Of a stretch of 64,000 nucleotides of DNA, positions 43,244 through 55,378 are shown one piece after another (the stretch's first letter is position 1; every line of letters starts with the position of its first letter). Location of the stretch: contig NMRA01000105.1 in the NCBI GenBank assembly GCA_002633005.1, positions 186,001 to 250,000 on the forward strand. The letters run 5' to 3'. The DNA is from Phoronis australis (lineage: Eukaryota > Animalia > Phoronida). Below the pieces are notes generated by a model, which was given only the letters and a program-made list of their open reading frames with translations, was not told the origin of the DNA and searched no databases. The translations under genes were made by a program, and so were the position numbers.

Positions 43244-46200
43244 TTCACCCTGCACATCGACACTGTTGTTTCCTTTACATTCTCAAGACATCCCCTGATC
43301 CGAACTCACTCCACCGACATAGCACACTCGACTGAGAGCTTGAGAGGCAAAATTGCTCCTGGGCAAGCACGCCTCCTGTCGTGAAGAGCTGACTTTCATC
43401 TCCTTACAAAAGATGTCGCAAATATCAACTTCGTGAGCTAAGTGTGCGCTCCACTCGCCGGGAGTCCTGCAGAGTTGTCGGAGTTTTCGTGGTGCTGACA
43501 AAAAACAGTATGTGGGGTACCACTTGGTAGTTAAGCTATTTTCACATTTTAATACAAATTTGGTAAACAGTGATGCATTCCGTCATGGAATTATATTTGC
43601 ACTTGAAGCTGTCATTGCTGACTGGAACTAAAGTGCTGACATCATTATTCTGCCGGCCCGCCCGAACCCCCGCCGGCGTTCTTGAACCCAGTGTTTATTT
43701 ACAACTTACACACCTTCTCAGTATCTTTATTTTATACGATAATAGTCTAACAAATATGTTTCGGATTATTGAAATGGCCATAAGGTAATAGCAAAATTCT
43801 GATTCCTAACCACGGTTGGGAATTCCAAAAGGAAATTAAGCCGGCCCGGGGACCCGTAGTGATTGAACTAGTGCAGACTGAACTAGGCATGTCTTTTGAC
43901 AACTGACCTAAATGGTCGTTTTTTCAAATTTGAAACGACAGGAAAATAGTTTTTAAGACACTGTCATCACGTACTTCTGATCGCTTTCAATACATGGCGA
44001 TAAACTCGCTCACCGGCCGGGGCGTGGTGATCCTGTTGTCTACGCCGAGACGGTTCTCGCAGCCGGTGGCTACCGGACCAGTTCGATAAAGTACGTCAAA
44101 CTGAAAAGACCTCTAGAATGCACCAAATGAGACTTGTCATTCCCAATTTTTGGGAGAGGGGACTTCCAGACTCCCCCCCCCCGGGATAGGGAGGAACCCT
44201 TCCGTACTCTCTTCCCATTCCCCGGCGGCGAACCAACACTGATGAAATGCTTCTTACGCCACTGTATCGAATTAGCTGCTAGAAAAAACACTCTGAATGA
44301 TATAAATTTGAGCTAAGAATACGCTCCAACCTACATTGAATTTCGTATAAGATTCAAAATTCTCTGTCTAGTTGGCTCCAGATTTCAAAAAACCGGATTT
44401 CGTCTTGCCTTAGCTGGCTAAAAAACATTTATTTTTTTTTGCTTTCAAAAATAGATCTCATAATATTCCTTCACATGATATGGTTCCACTTCCGTTGTCA
44501 ACAAGCACATCAACGACTCAAGGAAACGCTTCATTATTTATTGGGGTTGACCACCCCTGATATTCGAAAATGGCCCGAGCACACATTGCCTGTGACTTGA
44601 ATTACCCGCGCCTCATTCGGCAGGATCAGTTGGGTGTAGTAGTTTTTAAATGACGTAGCGTTTTAATTTGGTTAAGAATGCAAAATTGGTAGCTAATCAC
44701 CAGCGATATCAGTGCAACTTTAGTCTTTTTTAAACTACAGGCGACTTTTTATCGTACAAGTTTATCTTACACGTATAAATTGGTTGGGACACGATTAAAT
44801 CAAGTCAGGTGAAAAGATCTTTCATATTCTTATTCCTTCCTTTGAAATCAACTGAATTGTGAGGTCCAGAACTATACGAATTTACCTACCATTCAATCAG
44901 ACAAAATCCTCTTTTCAAGCTAATCTTTTTCTGTATACTGATATTCGTTTCCATAAATGTTTTAATCATCCATTATTTATTATTGTTATAGTATCTGTAT
45001 TTTTATATTTTCTTCTTCTTATTGTAATTGTTGTTATTTTATAATTACTATTGGTCTTGCACATAATTTTAGGTTTGTCTTGTCTTGTTTTGTAGTCACT
45101 GATAACTTTCAGTAGAGTGGCGCTGTGATCGCCTTAAGTATTGCTAACGTTGACGATGATGACTGAGACAAGAAAAGACGAATATCATCTTGTCTGCAAA
45201 GAAAACGAAAGTACATTACCCGGCTCTTATGTGAGCAAGACTGTGCATAGTAATCTCTCGTAGATTCGGTCGGTTACTATATTACAAATCGAGTGTTTTT
45301 ACGACATAAAATTCGTTTTCACAATATTATCAGAAAACGATTTTTTGAAATACGACTGAATTCCATTCGATACAATTCATTTCTCTCATTTTGTTTGTCA
45401 TACACTGAGCTTGTTCCGCTCCGAAATTAATCTGATTTCTTGTAATAAGATTTCCAACCGCAGTACACTTGATGAACAATATACATGTGCGTGTTTTGAA
45501 CAAACATAAAAATTAGCAAAACAAATAACTATTGATGTCAGATTAAGGTTCAGCTTACTGCCAGTTCTGTGGTTTCGTGAACTCACACAGAACGGACAAG
45601 CCATAATGCATTTCTGTTTCAACTTTGGTAAGAGGACAACATTATTACATAGCCTTTAAAATTTACCTTAAACAAATTTGTCTATTTTAAGTCGATCTTT
45701 AAAGCAAGGCTCCGTATCAAAGGTATGACCCACTCGAGATCTGGTTCTTCGGAATATTTGTTTTCGGGTACTTCCATAAAACTTTGCGGGGCCTCAACTA
45801 TTAACTGACACAGCACGAGGCCACGTAATAGACCATTAATTGTCTTGCAATAAAAACGATCATTTGCATTTGCAAAAGACAATGAATAAAAGGAGGAAAC
45901 CGGGCTCGGAAAATGGCGGCGCTAGATTTTGCGCAAAATTTATGTAAGATGCATATCTCTAGTTAATATATACATCACGTCAATTCGGTACGCAGAGCAC
46001 GATGTGCTGCGATTGAAAGTATTGAAGTCCCTTTGATTGTATTTGAGAAGCCTGTTTTGAATGAGCAGCAAACAGGGTCGCGTCGCACATTACACTTGTT
46101 TGCGCGACTTTCCTGTTACCCCCCCCCCTGCCCTTTTATTTGTCATTCTTACCAGCGGTATTTCACACCTGCCGTGTCCCACTGTGTATGTCTCCAGCAA

Positions 46201-47528
46201 ATGCTCTGTGGTGGTATTACTGCGTCATTTTATTTCAACTTGAGAATGAAACAAGTATGTTTCGAAATATCGTGTGTCTGTCAATCATGTCTTTTGGTCA
46301 GTTTCTTCACCTATGTTCTGCAGAGTGTAGAACTTTGTTCCGATCAGGACAGGAACGGAACGGAATAAAGACTGTTAATAACGACAAGTGTCGTGTATTT
46401 AATCATTTTTACATATATACCTGTAGAACGCCGAAATTCTAGCTAAGAAAAGCAATTTGTGAATTAGAAGAACGAAATTTCAAGTAAATGTAACTAGGTA
46501 GTTATTTCTTCTTAAATTGGCACCCATGTGTGTCAGTCCTGGAAAATTGACACAGCTATTTCAGAGTTAACCATAAAAGTCCATTTTTTCTAACACATAA
46601 CACGCCAGGTTTCTAAAAAATCGTTCTTGCAGCTGACTTGTACCTGCAATTAATCCAAAAATTTAAGGCAAACGGCGCTCATAGATTCGGTTAGTTAGGT
46701 ACCCAGCCTTTTTTATTGGGCAATGATGAGAGGCGGTTCCACTGTCGACCAAAGAGTTGTTGACTTGTGTTGTATCAACATTTTGGGGATGGAGCTATCA
46801 AATAAATCTTAAGCCATATTTACGCGCTGAAAGTACTTCACTGATTTTTGCTTCGTGCAAGAACTCTGTATGAAGCAATAAAATTGCCACTAGGAGACCC
46901 AGCGGTAGTCGGATCTATCAGAAAGAAATCGTTATCTATTGTCTTATTCATGGAGATACAATTGTCAAACTTCAAGATCCTGCAAGGGGCTTAGGAGAAA
47001 CGGCCCGAAAAATTGCCTCTATGGGGGCACTACAGTTGTCGGATCCGTCTGAATGATAAGCACCATTTGTACTGTTGTCACTACACATCAGCAGTTTTTC
47101 TTAATAATACGTTGAGCAGTCTGAGGAATCAAAAGGCTGACCACAGCATAATAAAAATGACTGCTGTGTGATGCACAATAAAACAAATCCGACTGGAAAA
47201 TGGGAAGGCGTCGCCATCTCCTAAATGGAAACCTATATGTGCTGAATTTCACTAAAACTAATCAATCAAAGACGTCCCAAGACAGGGACGTCAACAAAGA
47301 TTAAAATTGCCACTAGGGGTCACAGCAGTTGTTAAATCTATTCAAAATTCGCTGTCATTCCTTGGCAGGTCCAGAGGAACATACGTGGGTCAAATTTCAT
47401 GACGATCCTCCAGGGGATTTCGGACATAAAGCAGCTGATGCTGAACTCCTGGACAGAGATTACAACAAGTTGCACCCATATGAAGGTGCAAAAAATGAGT
47501 GGCCAAACTTACAGAACCATGACCCTTC

Positions 47529-47582
47529 ATAGGCAATGACCATCGCCTCTGTTGGCCAACAGAGGCGATGGTCATTGCCTAT
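47529..47582. repeat. Perfect 54-bp palindrome
   Basis: ATAGGCAATGACCATCGCCTCTGTTGG|CCAACAGAGGCGATGGTCATTGCCTAT, no spacer. Confidence 0.95.
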
Positions 47583-47761
47583 ACCCTTCATTGTAATGAT
47601 ATCATAAGATTGAGTGAATTGGTAATTTTTATTTATGTAGAATACATGAGTCATCAATAAGCACCACACATTTTAAAATTTTCATAGTACAATTTAATTA
47701 TATCTAATGAACTTAATCATGAAATAAATACAATATGAGGCAGACATTGTACCAGTCGAGC

Positions 47762-48343
47762 AATAGGGGACTTTTTATATGGGTGCTCTCTAGAGTAATG
47801 AGAGCATCGATGAAAATGACTTCCAGTTGTTTCCAGCTTAGACTTGGTGGACAGAAATTTTAAAAGTTATTACATAGTGGTTCATGAACATATTAGTTTA
47901 GCAGATAAACAAATTCCACTGTCAGTCTATCACATTGTTTGATTAGTTATAGTCCACCAATTTATTTCAGCTTTTTGACACCTGCTGGGATCAAAATTCT
48001 CCCGCTTCATCAACGGCAGCCAATGTCGCGGATGCATTAGTCATTAGTCTTGGCGGTGGGATAAGTATGGAACAGGACACCCTTGCTCATCAATTGATAT
48101 TTCAAAAGGTTTACCTTTTTCGTAAGGTATTGGTACATCCCACAGCACAGCAGTGGAAAACTGACGGAATTGTAATGGCAGGAAAGGTGTTAAAACGCTG
48201 TTTATATCAGTAAGTTGAAACCTCCCGTCCGCATTACATTAGATCTGTAAGTGGCACTGAATGCCTGTCCACCAAAGACATGATCGCCGTCTGGCGGTTT
48301 AGTGAATTCCAATACGGTGCGGCTATTTCGAACATTAGCTATT
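47762..48343 (+). repeat. Dispersed repeat, copy B
   Basis: AATAG...CTATT termini and similarity to 18985-19492. Confidence 0.7.
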
Positions 48344-48705
48344 ACAATATCACCCATAGCTCTCAAACAGTCAACGGCTTTGAAAGTATCAAAAATATAA
48401 AAACACCTGCCTTACTTTCAAAAAGAAAATCATGATTTAATTTAAAATGTTAAAGCTATAAAATGGTCATTTGTGTGCTGCGTGACTTGCTTGTTCACCA
48501 CTTTCGAATTTCAGGATTGCCAACACCACTAAAATTAAAACTTTTTCCAATGAATTTCATGGCATGTTAAGAGTTTGTAGTAGTTTAGGGATTTTCATAG
48601 TTTAGCCAGCTAAACAAGGATTAAACGCATCTTTAAGAACAAGCAGCAGTACTCCTTCAGCAGCTCTGCACGGTTTCTCCAAAAATTGGTACTTCTGTTA
48701 TTTGC

Positions 48706-48759
48706 TCACATTGAATACCTTTCCCCTCTCACAAGTCTGGATTTAAAAGCCCAAACATC
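48706..48759 (-). CDS. PHYH: PHYH last coding exon
   Basis: Reads DVWAFKSRLVRGERYSM* (human DIWMFRARLVKGERTNL). Acceptor TGTTTCTAG, stop TGA at 48708-48706. Confidence 0.93.
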   Translation of the reverse strand, partial: DVWAFKSRLVRGERYSM

Positions 48760-48997
48760 CTAGAAACAGAAACAAAATAAGGTGACACAAGGAAGACTCT
48801 ACAGCTCTTCGGTGAAAAATTTCCACTGCCTGAAATATTGTGATGAAATTTGTTGTCCTTTTAATTAACATTCATTTGAAGAAATTAAACAAGTCTACCT
48901 AAAATAGAGATAGCAACATCTAGCCATCGTCATAGTAATAGCAACATCTAGCCATCGCCATAGTGATATCATAACTTTAGAATAAGAATGCGCATAC

Positions 48998-49129
48998 CGA
49001 CAAAGTCACATCAGTAACTCCGTGCTTTCTTTTGGCCACGGCCAGTACTTCATCCTCAATATTGGCCTGTGTAGTGCCCTTCACGTCAATGTACTCACAT
49101 CTTGAGTTGGCGTAGTGGCATGAAATAGC
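48998..49129 (-). CDS. PHYH: PHYH exon 7
   Basis: Not in the ORF track. Reads AISCHYANSRCEYIDVKGTTQANIEDEVLAVAKRKHGVTDVTLS. Acceptor TTTGTATAG, donor TCG|GTATGC. Confidence 0.95.
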
Positions 49130-49813
49130 CTATACAAAGAAAGGATGTTCTTATGAGAGGGAAAGGAGTTAGAATATTTATAGAATGAGTGCAACGTTTC
49201 TACAAATCTTCACATCAGAGCCTTTATAGCTCAGTGGCAAGTGTGGTGAAGTTGAAATTGAATGGTTTGTTTATTACCATAATCCCTGCAGCTGTGAAGT
49301 TGAGCATTTGATCAAGGTACTTAAAGTTACGTAGTACCAGAGAAAAGTGTCAGCATTTGGCTAATTAAGGAACACCATACTTCAGATATGGCTGATTGGA
49401 TTCGTATGAAACTTTCAGATGCTACGCTTTATGTACTGGTCTCCAAAAGCTGTTTGGTATTTGTTTTTATCATCCTCCACTCTTGCATAGGACTGATAAA
49501 AAACAAAATGTGCACATACTGAAAATAAAATGATAATTATGAAAACTGCAACAGTGTTTTTGAGATTTCGTCAAACATCATTTGCATCAAACAAAATTTG
49601 GTCGTGTTATCTATGATGCTGTTTTGGAATGAATGTACCTTTCCTTATTGCGAAATTACAAAAAAAATACAATGTCACGTCACGTGATTCAAAACCAAAA
49701 ATCAAATTCTGAATTCTTTCTATTTTCAGAAGGTATATAGTTAAAATTCTAAATTTTGTAGATATCAGGATAAATACAGACTAGTTGATAAGGTCCTACA
49801 TATGAAACATTAA

Positions 49814-50154
49814 AAGGATACTAAATCCTGTATTGATGATTTCCACCAATCCTCGTTCTGTCACCTGCTAATGCATCATTGGCATCAGTCTTCCAAGCAA
49901 AAGATGGGAATCAACTAAAAACTCATGCTCCCTATGTCACAGATTGGACATCATGGTTCTTGGTGGGTAGTCTTTTCTCGCAGCTGCTGTGTAATTCGTT
50001 AAAAGTGTAGGTCACGCTAGCCCAGTTAGCAGACATTGAAAGGAGTTTTCAGTTTTCTTCCGAACTTTTCATGGTTGTCAAGGGTTACAGAACACGATTT
50101 TATTTCAGAGAACTGGATGGGAGAGTCGTTTTAAGTACCAGGTTTGGTATCCTT
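49814..50154 (+). mobile_element. TTAA-flanked MITE (Kolobok-like), copy 2
   Basis: TTAA|AAGGATACTAAATCCTG...CAGGTTTGGTATCCTT|TTAA. Confidence 0.8.
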
Positions 50155-51325
50155 TTAACTGGCATTGCTTCAGTCGACTCAGCTGAAAATAAGCAGCACC
50201 CTTAGATGGTAATAACCTGCCATGGACCAGCAGGCAGGCCAATTATCTACCACATTACATTGTTCGGACAGAATAGATTGCCTTAACTTTGGTTGTAGTT
50301 GGACAACTTTTGTGAATCAAAAACTAAACATGATCAGCAAGAAGAATTCAGAATTGTTATTGGTATATTCAAGCAGTTTATAACTTATCTTTTGTTATTA
50401 ACAGCACAGCCCAGTCAGACTAGATGGGATCTTATCAGGGAGATAAGAGCAATTGTCGAACAAAAGAGAGCTGACCCTCCAACCATAAACATGACAATGG
50501 AGTTAACCAATCGTGTAAGATACCACCTTTGCTATCCCATCAAACAAGTTGGGGTCAACAGGCGAACGCTCTAATGGAAAACTCATGGTCATGTGACCCT
50601 CTGCCTTACAGGGGACAACCATTAATAGCGCATGAAATTATCCATTCATTCACATCACAGCAGCAACCAGTCCTCTGACACCATTGTCAAAATGAATTTT
50701 TTCACAGGCAAACAGGTGGCACTGCTAACCCCTTTTAGTGAAATGAGCTTTGAAACGCTGAGTGATACATGTAAATCTGCAGTAATTTGTTCTGGTTAAG
50801 TCATCTGGGATAAATCGCATTCTAGTCACAAAGGATGTTTACTGATGTTGTCAGGTCTTGACTGAGCCTGATAATTCAAATTCATAACTGATCATCATGG
50901 TGGTGGTGGGGAAATGAATCATTGGTGATTCCTAAGTCCCCCACCGAATCACTGGAAATCTTATCTGAATCCTATGCTGGGGTCACATCAAATCAGTCCT
51001 CACCTTTACACCTGGTTTAAATGTTTAAATCTAAGTGCTGGTTGCATAGTGTACTATAGCACAGTTATAAATCTCCTCGAGAGTGGTTTAGCGAGTAATA
51101 ACACTGATTACAATTTAGTGCGAACGGCACCACACTTGAGAGAGTTCTACCATTGTGGGCTCAGAAGACACTCAACGGCACTGATGAGCGACATCTAGGG
51201 TTCTCAAATTGAGTGGTAGTTACTAAATACCAATTAACACTCAAAAAATTATAACTATCGACGTGAACAACGCAATGAAATAAATGAAAGTATGTGACAA
51301 CAGATAGCAGTTGTAGATCACTCGC

Positions 51326-51475
51326 CTTGCGGAATCCGCTCGTCGTGTTGGCTCCAGAGCCATGCAACAGTAGGGGGTGGAAGAACACTGTGTCGCCCAT
51401 TTTCATTTCCAAGTGAACCCGTGGCTTGCTGGGGTCGTAGTCAAGGATACCGTGGTACATCTTGTTCACTCCGCC
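51326..51475 (-). CDS. PHYH: PHYH exon 6 (distal His and 2-oxoglutarate-binding Arg)
   Basis: Reads [50 protein letters not shown], 150 nt. Acceptor TGTTTAG, non-canonical donor AAG|GCGAGT. Confidence 0.95.
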
Positions 51476-51532
51476 CTAAACACGCATGAATATGAATGAT
51501 TACGTTCACACTCTCTTAATCTTGGCACTTGA

Positions 51533-51877
51533 AAGGATACCAAGCCCAGTTTTGGCCTCCTAACAGACATTAAAAACGACTTTCCCATCCAATTCCCTGA
51601 AAGAAAATAATGGTTTATAACCCTCGACAACCCTCAAAACTTTGGAGGAAAATTTGAAAACTCTGCTAAATAAGCAAGTGTGACCTACAGATTACAAGGC
51701 AACCGAGGGGAAAGACCACCCACCAAGAACCATTATTAAGATAATACCCAATCTGTTGGGGAGTGTAAGCTTTTAGTTGATTCCTGCTTTTACCTTTCAA
51801 GACTGGTGCCAATGATGCATTAGCAGGTTACAGAAAGAGGATTGCCTGAAATCGTCAAAATAGGGTTTAGTATCCTT
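51533..51877 (-). mobile_element. TTAA-flanked MITE (Kolobok-like), copy 3, inverted
   Basis: AAGGATACCAAGCCCAG...TGCCAATGATGCATTAGCAGG...GGGTTTAGTATCCTT|TTAA, the reverse complement of the family. Confidence 0.75.
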
Positions 51878-52242
51878 TTAAAATTATTTTTCCCCAGAAA
51901 TGCAATAGTTTGCCTGCAAGACCATGGAGTTGTATAGATAATTTTGTGGTATAAATTTGACCACTGCTTACAAAATGCAGATTTATCCATTAAGACATTT
52001 CAAATCCTTGAACGATAGCAAAATAATTTACTTATTACCATTACACAATAATGAGTCAACAGTAGTAAAAACACTTATTAACATTTACTGACCAATGTCA
52101 ATTTCAAGATAAAATATATAAGTACATGTTAAAAAAATACGTGTAAAAAGATTTTAGATTTGCACAGAATTTCTAGCCTCACAAAACTTCAAGTCTTGAG
52201 GACAACTTTTTGAGGTTAAATTACCCACAAGTCAACACTCAC

Positions 52243-52424
52243 TTCCCATTTGGGGTAGTCGTGCTGCATGAGTTCGCCTGTGTGTGAGCCGGGGATGACG
52301 ACTAAGCATCCGTTGCCACGGTGAATGTGTTCCATGGCAGTCCAGGAACACACAATGTCTTTGGCTGGTCTGAACGGGAAGTAGTGAAGGTCTTGATGCA
52401 TAGGATGACGTGATGATTTGGTGC
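52243..52424 (-). CDS. PHYH: PHYH exon 5 (HQD Fe-binding motif)
   Basis: Reads (G)[60 protein letters not shown]. Acceptor TCTCCAG, donor GAA|GTGAGT. Confidence 0.97.
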
Positions 52425-53229
52425 CTGGAGACAAAGACAAACAGTAGTGAGTATTGTATGAAAAGTAGTGCCTATAGCATATGGTAACTGGAGGGGAAGA
52501 CAGATAGTAGCGTATACGGTATGGATGTAAGGCAAAGTAAGCACACTTTTTCATCCTTCACAAAGCAATTGACCAATCAAGAAAGGGAAATCTCGTATAC
52601 AAATTACATTGTACACTGGAATTCAGGATAAGTCTTATTGGTCAGATCTTATATTCTTCACTATTTACGTCACTGTACGGTATTTTCTGCATCGATCTTT
52701 GCCAATATGGTGCTTAAAAACTCTGACAATTTAAAAGATAATTAGCTTTCATCAGATATTTTGAAAAGGGATAAATGATCAAAATCCGTAACACTTGAAA
52801 ACCTGTACGTAGTGATTTTTAGGCCCTAAAATATATAGAATAAGGATAAATCCACATCAGTTGGCAGCACTGCCATTGTGTGAAAAGTTACACAGTCAGC
52901 TCAAAACAATGAATGCATGAAACGTAAAATATTAAGAAAATAAAAAAGTTAAAATATAATTTTGAATTAAACATCAACATTGCCTGAGTACATACAGATG
53001 AGGAAGTAAAGAGGCTAGAGAACAGAGAGATGAAAGAAGAGATTTTTTGAATGTTCTAAAACAGTCAATCTGCTTAACGTTCTCAGGCAAAAGGTTTCAT
53101 TTTCTGACAGAATCAACCACAAAAGGTTTGCTAAACAATGTAGTTCTACGCCATATTGAGATTGACGTATTCATATAAAATGTAGTTCTATATTGAGCCA
53201 TCACAAAATTATTTGATTCAGCATGTCTA

Positions 53230-53481
53230 CAACTATTATTTAAATCTCTTGGTCTATTTACACCGACCTCTAGTCTATATACACTGTCACGTCATGGTGT
53301 GAGTGTACCACGTATCCGTGCTCGTTTTTCTAAGAACGCGGGAACACCTGATGATGGCCGGAGAAGAGACCGACCGAAACGTCGCGACAGTGTATATAGA
53401 CTAGAGGTCGGTGTAAATAGACCAAGAGATTTTAATAATAGTTGTAATACGCCACCACCTCAGAGCGGTTTTAGGAAGTCA
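53230..53481 (+). mobile_element. Penelope-like element pLTR fragment with an inverted 5' copy
   Basis: 62-bp inverted arms at 53230-53291 and 53383-53444, a hammerhead core between them, and an 11-bp flanking duplication CAGCATGTCTA (53219-53229, 53482-53492). Confidence 0.75.
53345..53386 (+). ncRNA. Minimal type I hammerhead ribozyme variant (Penelope-associated), slightly degenerate
   Basis: CAC-CTGATGA-T-GGCCGG-agaagaga-CCGACC-GAAA-CGTC^GCG: both core boxes, stem II with one mismatch, and palindromic ACGT in place of stem III. Confidence 0.65.
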
Positions 53482-53879
53482 CAGCATGTCTAATTCTAAC
53501 ACTGTGAAGTCCCCTTTTGTAGCACTTGAAGACTGCGCCATGTTGGCGTTCTAAAATATTATAACGAATACTGTAATGAGACTATGTATATTACTGTTTT
53601 CAATTTAAATGATGGAAATATTAAATGAAGATCCTTTTTGGAACCAAAGAACCATACCTTGATGTAGTACGTGTACTGTCATTTCGTCCATATCTTAGGT
53701 AATACGGTAATAGTGCCCTCTTTTTGAGAACCAGTTTTCTCCACTGAATAACGGGCATCAAACTGGTTCTCAAATTGATTTATGTTATATCCAAGTATCC
53801 AACTCAAATTCAGTTCCAAGTTAGCTAATGCACGACGACAAACTTGACGCACAAATAGTTTTGCACTTGTCCAGCATAC

Positions 53880-53961
53880 CTGGATCTGGAGGTTTATTGA
53901 TTAGCATCGTATGACAGGCCATCACGTCAGACCCAATGAAGCACTCCACGTAATCCAGCAC
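53880..53961 (-). CDS. PHYH: PHYH exon 4
   Basis: Not in the ORF track. Reads [27 protein letters not shown](G). Acceptor TTTTACAG, donor G|GTATGC, 82 nt, phase 0 to 1. Confidence 0.95.
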
Positions 53962-54699
53962 CTGTAAAATATTGACACTATCAGTCAGAAAGACCGTCAT
54001 GAAATTACTGCCACAGCATGACCACTAACAAGTATCGTTGATAGTCTTTCGGTCAAATTTCCACCAGTAACACATCGTTACTACAATCAAACCTGCATAA
54101 CTGCAGACAGCAATTTTGGTACGTGACTAAAGATTAAAAAAATAATGTTTAAGGTTGATCAATATAACTCAAGGCAACAAAGCAACAGTACCAAGGGGAC
54201 AGGCATGACAGGAGGCTCAATAATCTCCAGGTGGCGCTAAAAGAAAGATGCTCTCATCATGATATGAATCTATTGAAAGCTGTTCACCAACAAGGGGGCT
54301 TCCCTGGGATAAAAGTCCTTCACTCAACACTGTATGATTTTTTAAGATAGGATCTTTGTTTTACCAAGCTCATGATGTGACAACAGTTATCACCCAGTCA
54401 TCGACAGGGAACACAGCGTTACTGCCACAGTGCATACTCCATTTCATTTGCTGCTTGTGCCGAGGGCCATGAAACTTATAAGTGCGATGACATCACAGGC
54501 TACTATTTCATGGTTGTTACTGTTCATTGTTTTGTTTACGGAACACAATTTCAAAAATTTGAATAATGGGCAACGGTTATTTCTTTAATTATGAAACCAG
54601 TTATGATGGTCAGTTGCCTTCTTTGTGAAACACATTCTTACAGGCACACACATTTATGACCGAATTACTGATGAGTCACATACAGTACACAAGCATTAT

Positions 54700-55049
54700 A
54701 AGGATACTAAATCCTGATTTGGTGATTTCAATCAATCCTCATCTTGTCACAACCTAATAAACAATTGGTGTCCCACTTGAATGATAAAAGCAGAATTCAA
54801 TTAAAAACTTTCGTAGTCACAGATAGGATACTATGGTCTTTGGTAGATGGTCTTTCCTTACAGTTGTTGTATAACTTGCCTAAAGCGTAGCTCACGCTTG
54901 CATGTTTAGCAAACTTTGTAAACAATTTCTAAGGTTTGCTCAATACACCTGAGGGTTGTTAATGATTAAAGAGCATTATTTCATTTCAGAGAACTAGATG
55001 AAAATGTCATCAATATCTGTTAATTAGTCAAAACCAGGTTTGGATCCTT
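54700..55049 (+). mobile_element. TTAA-flanked MITE (Kolobok-like), copy 4
   Basis: AAGGATACTAAATCCTG...CAGGTTTGGATCCTT with decayed TTAA flanks (TTAT/CTAA). Confidence 0.7.
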
Positions 55050-55206
55050 CTAAGCAACACAGTTGCTGGTAAACAAACTGGTAGTCTAACCGAGACCCAC
55101 AGAGGTAATCTTACCCCATTCAACATAACAAACCAGGGTAGACAGATAGTAAACAATTCATGCCAAAACAAACTAGGACACTCCTGGTCAAGTTTAGTCT
55201 CATTAC

Positions 55207-55378
55207 CTCGGGGAGGCTGCAGTACTCAAACAGTACATCATCATTCTGATAGTCCTGTATCTTGGTGATGGCTTGCTGACCAGGAATGTATTCAGATTGA
55301 CTGATGGCCACATCCCGCATGATAATGAGGCCGGGTGGTTTCTCCACACCACCGCGGCATATCACCTCAAAGCGGTCT
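55207..55378 (-). CDS. PHYH: PHYH exon 3
   Basis: Reads DRFEVICRGGVEKPPGLIIMRDVAISQSEYIPGQQAITKIQDYQNDDVLFEYCSLPE. Acceptor TTTGTCCAG, donor GAG|GTAATG. Confidence 0.95.

Noticed and set aside
48706-48717. Possible C-terminal PTS1 in PHYH
   Set aside because: The tripeptide YSM does not fit [SAC][KRH][LM].
49222-49300. tRNA or SINE head (TAGCTCAGTGG A-box)
   Set aside because: No B-box (GTTCRA) or cloverleaf at the right distance. The region resembles a dispersed repeat also seen near 61990-62130.
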